Origin: a virus
Taxonomy: Duplodnaviria > Caudoviricetes
DNA length: 28,115 nt
Direction: 5' to 3' (one strand)
IMG/VR virus record: IMGVR_UViG_3300037509_000017
Coordinates: 1-28,115 of that record
Both the position numbers and the translations under genes were made by a program. Below are positions 8,323 through 15,983 of the stretch, one piece after another (within the stretch, counting starts at the first letter, position 1; each line of letters begins with the position of its first letter). Below the pieces are notes generated by a model. It saw nothing but the letters and a program-made list of their open reading frames with translations, was not told the origin of the DNA and made no database searches.

Positions 8323-9995
8323 TACAGAGTTCTTATCCCGCGCTGCTCATAAACGGAAGTGTCTTCTCCCTCAGCCAGCCACCCTCCGAGCGCCATTAAG
8401 ATGGCAACAATAGGGTCGATTTTTAATTTCTCATGGGACTTCCTTGGAAATACGTTCCCATTGTGATCTTCCTTACCGATTACGTTCCCCAGACACCATC
8501 TTAGAAGCTTTGAGCCATTATGCCTAATTTTGCCCTGCCTCATGAGAGCGTCGAGCTTCTTCATCGGCTCGGAAAAATTTGCCGTGTTCATGGAGAACTT
8601 CACCATCTCCATGTCGTCGGCCATCTCTTGGGCCATCTGGGTACAGTTCCATGGGTCGTAATAGCACGCTTCCACCCGGTGAACTTTTTTTATTGCTCGA
8701 AGTTCTTCTTGAATTTTTTCGTAATTGATCGCAGCCCCTTTGGTCTGAATCAAACTTCCATCGGCCAAACAGTTCTCGTAAAAGGGGTTCTTCTTTTGCT
8801 TGATCGTGTCCTCAGGAAGGAAGCTTCGATCAAAGATGTAGTACATATCTTTGACCTTGAAGATGGTTCCAATGGAGGTGATATCGATGTGAGACGCAAG
8901 GTCGAGTCCCAATCGGCAAGATTTGCCTACAAACTTTTCCAAGGTAAGGGTGGGGTCCGCACATGCATCCCAAACCTTGAGATCGTAAAATGCATTAGCT
9001 TCCGAAATCCACTCGTTCATGTGCTTGATTCGGAAGTTCGGGATATCAGAAGGAGTAACAAGGGCCTTCTCTACCTTCGCTCGAAGGGAGTCCTGATCGA
9101 CAGAGATTCCGAGTCCGGGGTTTGCCTTAATCCAGACATTCTCATCGGCCCAATCGTCTTCTTCGTCCAGGGTGTATACTGCGGAGAAGAAGGTTTCATC
9201 CTGCACTTCTCCCGTGGCAACTTTCTTCGCGAACTGGGTCTGGAAATATCCCACGGATTGGGTGTCTGATCCCGCAGTGGTGATGCACATGAGGAGCGAG
9301 TCTTTCCGCTTGCTCATCCCGGAAGTGATGACCTCGAAAACAGGGCGGTTCATTGCATGAAGCTCATCGCACACAGCGAGAATGTCTTTCAATCCGTCCA
9401 TCCCACCGTAATCGGCAGAGAGTGCGCGGGCATGGGAGTTCGATTCTTCGTGGACAATCGAGTGAGCTAGAACTTTGGTTCCGGTATGCCGAAGGAAAGA
9501 GGCGTTCTTCTTGGCCATTGAGCGAGCAGAATCGAGAACGATTCGAGCTTGGTCTCTTTTGGTAGCCACCGTGGAAATATAGTTCCCGTTTGGATTGTCG
9601 AGAGCGAGAAAGTAAAGAAGCATTTGGGACGCCATCGTGGACTTCGCGTTCCCTCGGGCCACTTCAAGGTGGGCAGTCCTGAATCTTCGGAATCCGGTGG
9701 TCTTATTCATGAACCCCATAATGTTCATGAACACCCAGCACTGCCAGGGAGCGTAGATGATGTTCTTCGTAGGCCAGTGGCCTTCAACGTGCTGGAACTT
9801 CTGAACGGTGCGAAGGTACTTCTCGGCCTTGTCGGGACTAAACCAGAAATTTGCTTCCTGGTTGTCCACATCCAGTAAATATCTTTCGCACGCGCCAATG
9901 ATGAACTTGTTCGCGACGATCTTCTTCGCCACAACGTCCAGCGCGTATTGGTGCCCTTTAGCACAGTTCGGATATTTCTTTGGGTCAAACTCCAC
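8322..9995 (-). CDS. terL: Terminase large subunit (Terminase_1/COG4626 type)
   Basis: 557 aa; PWQ, RRFRTAHLEVARGNAKS (Walker A), AVCDELH (Walker B), ITTAG, WIKANP, GLDLAS, YDPWN, KIDPIVA. Confidence 0.95.
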   Translation of the reverse strand: MEFDPKKYPNCAKGHQYALDVVAKKIVANKFIIGACERYLLDVDNQEANFWFSPDKAEKYLRTVQKFQHVEGHWPTKNIIYAPWQCWVFMNIMGFMNKTTGFRRFRTAHLEVARGNAKSTMASQMLLYFLALDNPNGNYISTVATKRDQARIVLDSARSMAKKNASFLRHTGTKVLAHSIVHEESNSHARALSADYGGMDGLKDILAVCDELHAMNRPVFEVITSGMSKRKDSLLMCITTAGSDTQSVGYFQTQFAKKVATGEVQDETFFSAVYTLDEEDDWADENVWIKANPGLGISVDQDSLRAKVEKALVTPSDIPNFRIKHMNEWISEANAFYDLKVWDACADPTLTLEKFVGKSCRLGLDLASHIDITSIGTIFKVKDMYYIFDRSFLPEDTIKQKKNPFYENCLADGSLIQTKGAAINYEKIQEELRAIKKVHRVEACYYDPWNCTQMAQEMADDMEMVKFSMNTANFSEPMKKLDALMRQGKIRHNGSKLLRWCLGNVIGKEDHNGNVFPRKSHEKLKIDPIVAILMALGGWLAEGEDTSVYEQRGIRTL

Positions 9996-10224
9996 TTAAA
10001 TCATCTCCACGGGGAAAATACGAAACCCACCGAGGGTAGTCTCTGGGTCTCACCTTGATATTTTCCACTGCGAGATGTTTGAAGCCTTTATCGAGTTGCT
10101 TCTTCCAGGCTACCTTGAGTTCGGCAGTCTCTCCAGTATCGTCCAGCACTTCCAAAACTTCAAGGAACATGCAGCAATCCCCAAACTGCCTCCAAAATTT
10201 TGACTGTGTGAACTTCAACTCCAT
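9985..10224 (-). CDS. Hypothetical protein between terS and terL
   Basis: 79 aa ORF overlapping both neighbours, GAGG RBS. Confidence 0.65.
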   Translation of the reverse strand: MELKFTQSKFWRQFGDCCMFLEVLEVLDDTGETAELKVAWKKQLDKGFKHLAVENIKVRPRDYPRWVSYFPRGDDLSGV

Positions 10225-10775
10225 TCGTCCTCTTCAGATTTGGATGCCTTACCGCGAGATTTATCTTTCTTCGGGATAAGGTCGAGAAGTTTTGAGTAAG
10301 TAGCGATCTGAGTAAGGACTTTCAGGCGCTCATTTACCTCTGGGAATGTTTTTCTTTGATCTCCAAGGACGGTGGCCACCCGGAAAGTGTGTCCATTTGC
10401 CATGATGAAATCATCAAGCGACCGAAGCTCAACTCGAAGGCGGCAGAGAGCCTCAAGCAGGCCAAGGTGTGCTGGCTTGAAGTTATCTCTCGCTACCAAG
10501 TCCTCAATAGACTCAGCCCAAAACTTTCTGAAAAGAGGGTGGGTGCTCGGTGGTGGATATTCTAGGCTATCGTAGTCATCTTCAACTTTCCAATCGGAGT
10601 GTGTCTTTCCGGTCTCCGTAGAAAAAGGCTTTGCTGGAACAAGATGTTTTCCGCCTTTCCCCTTTTTCAGATTGCCGTACTTGTTGTTGTCAGTGACAAC
10701 CTCAGTTCCATCCGAAAGAGTGGCCACTCTCTTCCGTGGCTTTTTCTTCTTAGAGGAGATCGGTGTCTCGGACAT
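10215..10775 (-). CDS. terS: Terminase small subunit (P27-like), probable
   Basis: Start moved to MSETPISS (AGGAGG RBS); PPP..HPLFRKFW...LEALC...GHTF...P...LLDLIPKKDKSR resembles the P27 pattern; upstream of terL. Confidence 0.7.
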   Translation of the reverse strand: MSETPISSKKKKPRKRVATLSDGTEVVTDNNKYGNLKKGKGGKHLVPAKPFSTETGKTHSDWKVEDDYDSLEYPPPSTHPLFRKFWAESIEDLVARDNFKPAHLGLLEALCRLRVELRSLDDFIMANGHTFRVATVLGDQRKTFPEVNERLKVLTQIATYSKLLDLIPKKDKSRGKASKSEEDEWS

Positions 10776-12462
10776 TTTCAAGCCCTCCTTGTGATGATGC
10801 TTCAAACTCTTCTCGAATTTTTCTCCACTGGAACTCAGACATTCCAGGTGGCCTTACTGGCATGTTCATAATTACTTCATCGTCGTGTGGGTCCAGCTTG
10901 ATTTCACCTTTTCGGCGAACAAGGCCATGGATCGGACGAATCCAGAAATCTTGAAGTGTGTTGCTCGTAGTGTTCTCAACCTCGAATACTTTTTTCCCTT
11001 CCAGGTCGCAGTAGGTCTCGAAGAAAGCTTTCACGGTAGAAGCGTCACGGTAGTCTTTTGATTCATATTCTTTCTTGTGCCTGAGTGCTTCTTCTACCTT
11101 CGACCAGAGGAAGGCTCCACGAGTTGCATCCCAGCCTTTGAACGGGCCATTTTTATTCTCGACTGTAAGAGCAAGTACCGCGATCTTCTGCCAGCGGGAC
11201 ATCGAGGTGTGAGCAAGTTTCCAGTACATCGGTCCTTGGTATTCCAGGTTCGGCCACTTCGCTGCGTGCTTTGGCCCGATGGTGGTAATCCATTTTGCGA
11301 TCTGGGCGGTCATCTTCACATCAAACTTTGGGTGAGTATCGTCTAGTTTTTCTGAAAGCTCTCCGATCTCTTCTGGAGTAAGCGCCGCCGTGAGCGCCTT
11401 ATTTCCAAGAACGAGGGGTGCGAACTTGCGTGAGTTAAATAAAATGTAGTTATCGCGTGGGTAGTTGTTAGAGATAACCATCGAACAAAAAATCTGAGTC
11501 GAGCGGGAAGCATCCTGCCCTTTCCTTTCGATCGAGATGTATTCATTCTGGTATTCCTTCATTCGTGGCTCCATGTCGGGGCCGTACTTCAACTCATCGA
11601 ACCAAATGAGGGTGTTCTCTTCCATCTGGGAATTGAATTTACTTTGGTTCGCGCCGAAGGTCTCTTTCTTCCCATCGGCAGAATTGTATTCCCCGTGAAG
11701 GGCGCGGATCAAAAGCTTCAGGCGGTTCTTTCCAACGCCAGGAAGTCCGCAAAGAACAAGAAAGGTGTATGCCCGTGAGGTCATCGAGGTGTAGAGCCAA
11801 GCGTAAAAGTAGTTTCTCTCTTCTTTGCTCGGAATCACATGCTGGATCATTCGAAGAACGAGAGAAGGCGGCTTCGCTGGAAGCTTCGCCCACTCGCCTG
11901 GGTTCCGCATCTTCCAGAGTCTCCAGGCTGGAGGAACGTAGCTGTTGTAATAGTCGATCGGCGTTTGAGTTACCGGGTTGATCAGGCGATGAACCCCAGG
12001 CGGACGGTGTGGAAGATACTTAGGCACCACACCCGTGGCGCGATGGACGATCTCTTTGGGACCGATACCGCATTTCTGAATATAGTATTGGCCCGAGATG
12101 CTGATGTCTTTAAATCCATCAGGTGTTGTGCAGAAATATTTCTTCATGCCTGGGTCACTGGAAGAAGTATCAACGTAGAGGGTCAAGTGGGAAAGTTCTG
12201 GCGGGCATGAGCCACCTGGCCCAGCACCAAGTTCTTCCACGGCGTATTCATCAAGGAGTCGTTCCATCTCTGTGTGGTCTTGGATGCCATCGAGGATTTC
12301 TGGAAAATTTTTAAGTTGCTTGCCGAGGGCTTTCATCAGGGCTTGAGAGAAACTTCCTACGGTCAAAGTGCCTTCTGTGGTTCGTACCGGACGAGATTTT
12401 TCTGGATCGTAGCTTTTGATGACAATTCCTGCCGCATCGAGCGCGGCTTTAAGTGCAGACAT
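10750..12462 (-). CDS. SF3-type replicative helicase (DUF5906 / NrS-1-like helicase domain)
   Basis: FLVLCGLPGVGKN (Walker A), KFNSQME, LIWFDE (Walker B), ISIERKGQD, VISNN; start at 12462 has GGGGG RBS (ORF extends to 12489). Confidence 0.8.
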   Translation of the reverse strand: MSALKAALDAAGIVIKSYDPEKSRPVRTTEGTLTVGSFSQALMKALGKQLKNFPEILDGIQDHTEMERLLDEYAVEELGAGPGGSCPPELSHLTLYVDTSSSDPGMKKYFCTTPDGFKDISISGQYYIQKCGIGPKEIVHRATGVVPKYLPHRPPGVHRLINPVTQTPIDYYNSYVPPAWRLWKMRNPGEWAKLPAKPPSLVLRMIQHVIPSKEERNYFYAWLYTSMTSRAYTFLVLCGLPGVGKNRLKLLIRALHGEYNSADGKKETFGANQSKFNSQMEENTLIWFDELKYGPDMEPRMKEYQNEYISIERKGQDASRSTQIFCSMVISNNYPRDNYILFNSRKFAPLVLGNKALTAALTPEEIGELSEKLDDTHPKFDVKMTAQIAKWITTIGPKHAAKWPNLEYQGPMYWKLAHTSMSRWQKIAVLALTVENKNGPFKGWDATRGAFLWSKVEEALRHKKEYESKDYRDASTVKAFFETYCDLEGKKVFEVENTTSNTLQDFWIRPIHGLVRRKGEIKLDPHDDEVIMNMPVRPPGMSEFQWRKIREEFEASSQGGLENVRDTDLL

Positions 12463-12504
12463 GAAACCCCCTGTTTCAACGAAATCCATTAACGATGTTC
12501 TTGC

Positions 12505-12533
12505 ACTTTAGAGGGATCATGCTAAGTTGTCAA
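12505..12533 (-). promoter_or_regulatory. sigma70-like promoter of helicase-terminase operon
   Basis: TTGACA-17 bp-TAAAGT. Confidence 0.65.
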
Positions 12534-12616
12534 CTACGCGCTCCCAGCACTTTGCCCCTGGAATCTTCCGTTAACGATGCGATGAAGATATTCTAGTAAA
12601 GAGTTGGGGGCGTTTT

Positions 12617-12937
12617 TTATTTTTTCGGGGGCACCCAGGAGTACTGTGCTAGGGCGGCGAGCTTTCGGAAACGATCTGGATTTTTATCTTCGCCCCGAAG
12701 TCTTGCTTTTACTTTTTCAACAAGCCCTTCTCGTAAACGTCGAATCGCATCTACTCCTGTTACCCCTATTGCGGTGATGCCGGAGGATTCTGGGCCTTCT
12801 GTTCTTTTCCAGGTGGCGTACCAGTTTTTAGTGTTGTGGTTTTTGGAGATGCAAATCGTGATGCCAGAATCAAAGTAGAAACTTCGACTGGTGGTATGGG
12901 GCGGGACTCTGTGAATTCGGGTTCGTATCTTGTTCAA
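12617..12937 (-). CDS. Hypothetical basic protein
   Basis: 106 aa, TTG start with AAGGA RBS, same strand as neighbours. Confidence 0.55.
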   Translation of the reverse strand: MNKIRTRIHRVPPHTTSRSFYFDSGITICISKNHNTKNWYATWKRTEGPESSGITAIGVTGVDAIRRLREGLVEKVKARLRGEDKNPDRFRKLAALAQYSWVPPKK

Positions 12938-12965
12938 AATTTTTCCTTACAGTAGTTAAGTAGTA

Positions 12966-13054
12966 CAACCTCCCGAGTTTCCAATATTAAGAGAGAGAAA
13001 AAATAATATATAGAAAATACTTCTCTGTATGGATTTGGGAAACTCGGGAGGTTG
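12966..13054. repeat. Perfect 17-bp inverted repeat around a 55-bp AT-rich spacer (candidate origin)
   Basis: CAACCTCCCGAGTTTCC (12966-12982) / GGAAACTCGGGAGGTTG (13038-13054); partial third copy GGAGGTTGG near 13122. Confidence 0.75.
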
Positions 13055-13158
13055 GCTTTTTTTCGGCTCTAAGTTATTGTAATTACAACAGAAGTAGGTG
13101 TTGCTCGAATATAAGTGGTCCGGAGGTTGGAATCGGGTCACTTTTTGACGATTTTTAG

Positions 13159-13494
13159 TCATTTTGTGAGGGTGGCAGTTCCTTGTTTTCTGCCGTTTTT
13201 CTCGGGAAATTCTACAAAATATATCTCGATGATATCGTCGCTGGAGGCGTGTTCCAGTTCAGGCCAAACTTTGAAAGCGGCCTCAGTCATCTCAATGTCT
13301 CGCCTCTGAAGGTCTCTAGCTTCTTGGTCTGCATTTTTCAAAAATGGGCGTATCGACCACTCCCATTCTTGGTTTAGGGGGGAGTGAGCGCACCCGAAAG
13401 TGGCAAAAATTAGGGTTGAGTAGGCTAGAAAAGCATGGTACTTCCTGGTAGGAAGTCGTTTTTCACGGCAGTCTTTTTTGATGGGTTTCAACAT
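13159..13494 (-). CDS. Hypothetical protein, possible lipoprotein
   Basis: Start moved to MLKPIKK (overlaps upstream stop); basic N-terminus, hydrophobic stretch, TFGC lipobox-like motif. Confidence 0.5.
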   Translation of the reverse strand: MLKPIKKDCREKRLPTRKYHAFLAYSTLIFATFGCAHSPLNQEWEWSIRPFLKNADQEARDLQRRDIEMTEAAFKVWPELEHASSDDIIEIYFVEFPEKNGRKQGTATLTK

Positions 13495-13700
13495 ACGGAA
13501 ATATCCTTTTTGAGACGTTCTACCATCTCTTCCAGCCCAGCTTGATTGGCGAGCAAAGTAAGCCCGAACATCTTCTCTTTGATCTGGTTCTTTTCGTATT
13601 TGCTCTTGGTGTTTTCCATCTCTACTTTGAGAGTCCCAATTGCCCAGGAAAGGAAATTTTCGGTGACTTCCCAGTGGAGTTTCGTTTTGATCTTTTTCAT
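13488..13700 (-). CDS. Hypothetical protein
   Basis: 70 aa, AAGGA RBS, ATGA coupling to upstream ORF. Confidence 0.65.
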   Translation of the reverse strand: MKKIKTKLHWEVTENFLSWAIGTLKVEMENTKSKYEKNQIKEKMFGLTLLANQAGLEEMVERLKKDISVC

Positions 13701-13990
13701 TTGGTTTTCCTTCTCTTTGACCCATCTGGATTAAGGTCGGGGCATTCAGGTCGAATTCGCATGAGAGGCCCCGTGGTGTGGATACAGTTAGGATTTTTAC
13801 ATTTGCCTTTCGCTTTCTTTGTCATCCAAATTCTGGTTATTTCAATTTGTGTATCGCCAATTTTAAATCGTGGGTCTGTGGGATCATACTGTTTGCCCCA
13901 GCGGGATACGGCATCAAGAATAAATTCCTGCATAGCGGGTACTGATACTCCTTCTGGAACTTTTATTTTTATTTTAAATTCGTGTTTCAC
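13697..13990 (-). CDS. Hypothetical protein
   Basis: GTG start (GAGG RBS) coupled to a 33-aa ORF; C-terminal CxxxxC..H..C. Confidence 0.6.
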   Translation of the reverse strand: MKHEFKIKIKVPEGVSVPAMQEFILDAVSRWGKQYDPTDPRFKIGDTQIEITRIWMTKKAKGKCKNPNCIHTTGPLMRIRPECPDLNPDGSKRRKTK

Positions 13991-14088
13991 TGTTCTCGTC
14001 CTCTGAATTTTAGGTGGTTGAACCGGGTACAGGCGGGGCAGGGTTTTACTTCCAGGAAGCATATGATCTTTTCAAAGAGCCATTTCAT
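13987..14088 (-). CDS. 33-aa CxxC microprotein (MKWLFEKIICFLEVKPCPACTRFNHLKFRGREQ)
   Basis: GAAAGGAAA RBS; stop overlaps next GTG start; below ORF-track cutoff. Confidence 0.5.
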   Translation of the reverse strand: MKWLFEKIICFLEVKPCPACTRFNHLKFRGREQ

Positions 14089-14182
14089 TGTCGGTTTCCT
14101 TTCTGCCCAGGCACATTCTGGGTATTCCCACCTGGCTGTTTCTGGGCTTCGCGAACTTTACAGGTCTCGATTGATTTCTCAT
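14072..14182 (-). CDS. 36-aa possible leaderless ORF
   Basis: ATG 6 nt downstream of a TTGTTA-17-TATGCT promoter-like sequence (14189-14217). Confidence 0.3.
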   Translation of the reverse strand: MRNQSRPVKFAKPRNSQVGIPRMCLGRKETDNEMAL

Positions 14183-14204
14183 GAAGTTAGCATAGCCCTG
14201 AAGG

Positions 14205-14244
14205 AAGTTGTTAACAACTGTAGAAAGTTGTTAAAAGTTGTCAA
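14205..14244 (-). promoter_or_regulatory. Leftward promoter with palindromic operator
   Basis: TTGACA-16-TACAGT (14217-14244) overlapping AAGTTGTTAACAACTG (14205-14220) and two AAGTTGT half-sites. Confidence 0.6.
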
Positions 14245-14409
14245 ATCCATGGAGGCCGCAAAACCGGGGGTGCTCGGCCTAAAAGAGCGTCAAACCCCAC
14301 CTGGCCGAGCTAATAACGCATATGGAGGTCCATCATCTCAAACATATGCCTCATGAGTTTTCGAGGGCCAGGCGATCGGGGCGATTAAACGAGTCGTTCG
14401 TTGACTCCC

Positions 14410-14661
14410 CCTACTAGAATCGTTGAATATCAATGGGATAAGTTGCGAACATCAATGGGATTAGTTTAAATATCAACTTGAGTCGTTGCGAGACGCTACT
14501 GGATTAATTGAACATCAATGCATTCACTTGATCGAGTTAATTAGAATCGTTGTGGCACTACGAAAGTAGTTTATTTCTACTATTTCAGTTGATCGAGTGA
14601 ACGAATCCAATTGAATCAATGAATATAGTTGAGGGATAGGGGAGTAAACAATAGTAGTTTA
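14410..14661. repeat. Left array of 12 degenerate palindromes TCAAC-N7-GTTGA
   Basis: 17-bp units start at 14410, 14430, 14452, 14473, 14495, 14515, 14537, 14557, 14576, 14598, 14616, 14645; plus an N9 variant at 14386. Confidence 0.9.
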
Positions 14662-14715
14662 ATTTAAATTTGAAATATCTTTTAGAGTTGAATGAAAGGC
14701 AGTGAGGGAATAAAC

Positions 14716-14731
14716 AAGTTGTTAGCAACTT
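14716..14731. promoter_or_regulatory. Palindromic operator-like site
   Basis: AAGTTGTTAGCAACTT upstream of lipoprotein gene. Confidence 0.7.
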
Positions 14732-14764
14732 GATTAGAGGGAATAAATAAAGTACAATAAAGGA

Positions 14765-15031
14765 ATGAAATTATCAGTTACTTTATTCCTAGTTCTAGGG
14801 TTAGTAGGATGCGGCAATAGTGGCAATTCCGGGCCTTATGTTCACTATCCTAAAGGCACTTCAGTAGGCACGTTTACACCGAATCAGACGGCCTGTAATT
14901 GCCCATGCATTAACTCTCAAGCTTGCGATTCCCTCAACTGGCACGGCAACTATAGTTCTATTGCATGTATCACGGCGGGCGGCCTAACCCTTTCACCGAA
15001 TAATGTGAATACTTGCCAGTATTCAAACTAA
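14765..15031 (+). CDS. Cys-rich lipoprotein
   Basis: MKLSVTLFLVLGLVG-C lipobox, six further Cys; AAGGA RBS. Confidence 0.8.
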   Translation: MKLSVTLFLVLGLVGCGNSGNSGPYVHYPKGTSVGTFTPNQTACNCPCINSQACDSLNWHGNYSSIACITAGGLTLSPNNVNTCQYSN

Positions 15032-15065
15032 AAAAGCCTTGCCGGGCTAGTACCTGGCAAGGCTT
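15030..15065 (-). terminator. Terminator between convergent genes
   Basis: AAGCCTTGCCGGG/CCTGGCAAGGCTT stem with A-tract on the left (U-tract on minus strand). Confidence 0.75.
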
Positions 15066-15091
15066 AGGGCAAGGGCCAAATTTTAGGAATC

Positions 15092-15787
15092 TCAGGCCGT
15101 TCGACGGCGTGTAGAATTATAACAAGATCGATAGCCGAAAATATTGTATTCCAATCCCTTAATATCTAAAAACTCTTGCTTGCGTCTCGCATGATCACGG
15201 CGGGCCGATTCCCGGCGAACATTTAAACGAATCGCCGATTTAAAGGCTTTAGAATCGATAGGCACAATTAAATGATTCAAGTTGAATCGTGCCACTAGTT
15301 GATTATGTTCTCTCATTTCGTCTCGAATACTTTTTAGATACCATAAACCGAAAGGCTTTACTTTCATTTCAGATTGCAAGCGCCGGAATGTTTCGGCCTG
15401 AGATTCAAGGTATTTTTCGGCAAGCGCCGTCAACTCGGAATCACTGATTCCGGCCCGGATTGCATCGCAAGCGGCCTCAACTTTTAGAACGAATTGCCCG
15501 GCATCGGTCAAGGCCTGTAATACTTCACGGCTATGGCCACTAGTGGAATTAGAATAGTTCGAAAAATTCACGATTGAAACGGCTTGCCCGTGAAAGGTTA
15601 GGCCCATGCGGGCAAGTAAATAATGGCGGCCATAACTGAACATATCACGGCCTTGAAAGTAAGTAGATATCAGGCCGCGCGCGCCATTCCTGGCATTGTA
15701 TTTACTGCACGCGTAGTCTTGAGACTGCTTTACATAGAGCGATGCCACGGCCTGAGAATTAGTAAAAACCTGCTTAACTCTTTTCAT
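15092..15787 (-). CDS. Hypothetical basic protein of the cassette
   Basis: 231 aa, GAAAGGAA RBS; FSYGRHYLLAR...YSNSTSGH motif resembles small phage early proteins. Confidence 0.75.
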   Translation of the reverse strand: MKRVKQVFTNSQAVASLYVKQSQDYACSKYNARNGARGLISTYFQGRDMFSYGRHYLLARMGLTFHGQAVSIVNFSNYSNSTSGHSREVLQALTDAGQFVLKVEAACDAIRAGISDSELTALAEKYLESQAETFRRLQSEMKVKPFGLWYLKSIRDEMREHNQLVARFNLNHLIVPIDSKAFKSAIRLNVRRESARRDHARRKQEFLDIKGLEYNIFGYRSCYNSTRRRTA

Positions 15788-15983
15788 TGATCTTGATTCC
15801 TTTCACTTCAATAGCGCCATGGTCTAACATGAGTTTATCTATGTAATCCCTAACTAAGGCGCTCAAATTTAGATTGTTCTCTTCTACGAAAATTTTATGC
15901 CGTCTTTCAATATTGATTCCAGTAGTAACGGCCTCTAGTTTTTCAACTCGATTTTTCCGGTACAATTTTAGATTGACTCGCAT
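15774..15983 (-). CDS. Small ribbon-helix-helix-like DNA-binding protein (putative)
   Basis: 69 aa; VTTGINI strand, helix, then NLNLSALVRDYID helix typical of RHH/CopG folds. Confidence 0.55.
   Translation of the reverse strand: MRVNLKLYRKNRVEKLEAVTTGINIERRHKIFVEENNLNLSALVRDYIDKLMLDHGAIEVKGIKINEKS

Noticed and set aside
12956-13162. 68-aa ORF over the inverted repeat
   Set aside because: Low-complexity translation of a structured AT-rich region; more likely non-coding, although ATGA coupling exists
13495-13725. N-terminal extension of the 188-aa ORF
   Set aside because: Fully overlaps the 70-aa gene with a better RBS; start at 13494 preferred
13982-14356. 124-aa plus-strand ORF
   Set aside because: Spans promoter/operator DNA and is antisense to coupled minus-strand ORFs
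14410-14661. CtrA boxes (TTAA-N7-TTAA) or type I R-M decoy sites
   Set aside because: Half-sites are TCAAC/GTTGA and symmetric; neither CtrA consensus nor asymmetric type I sites
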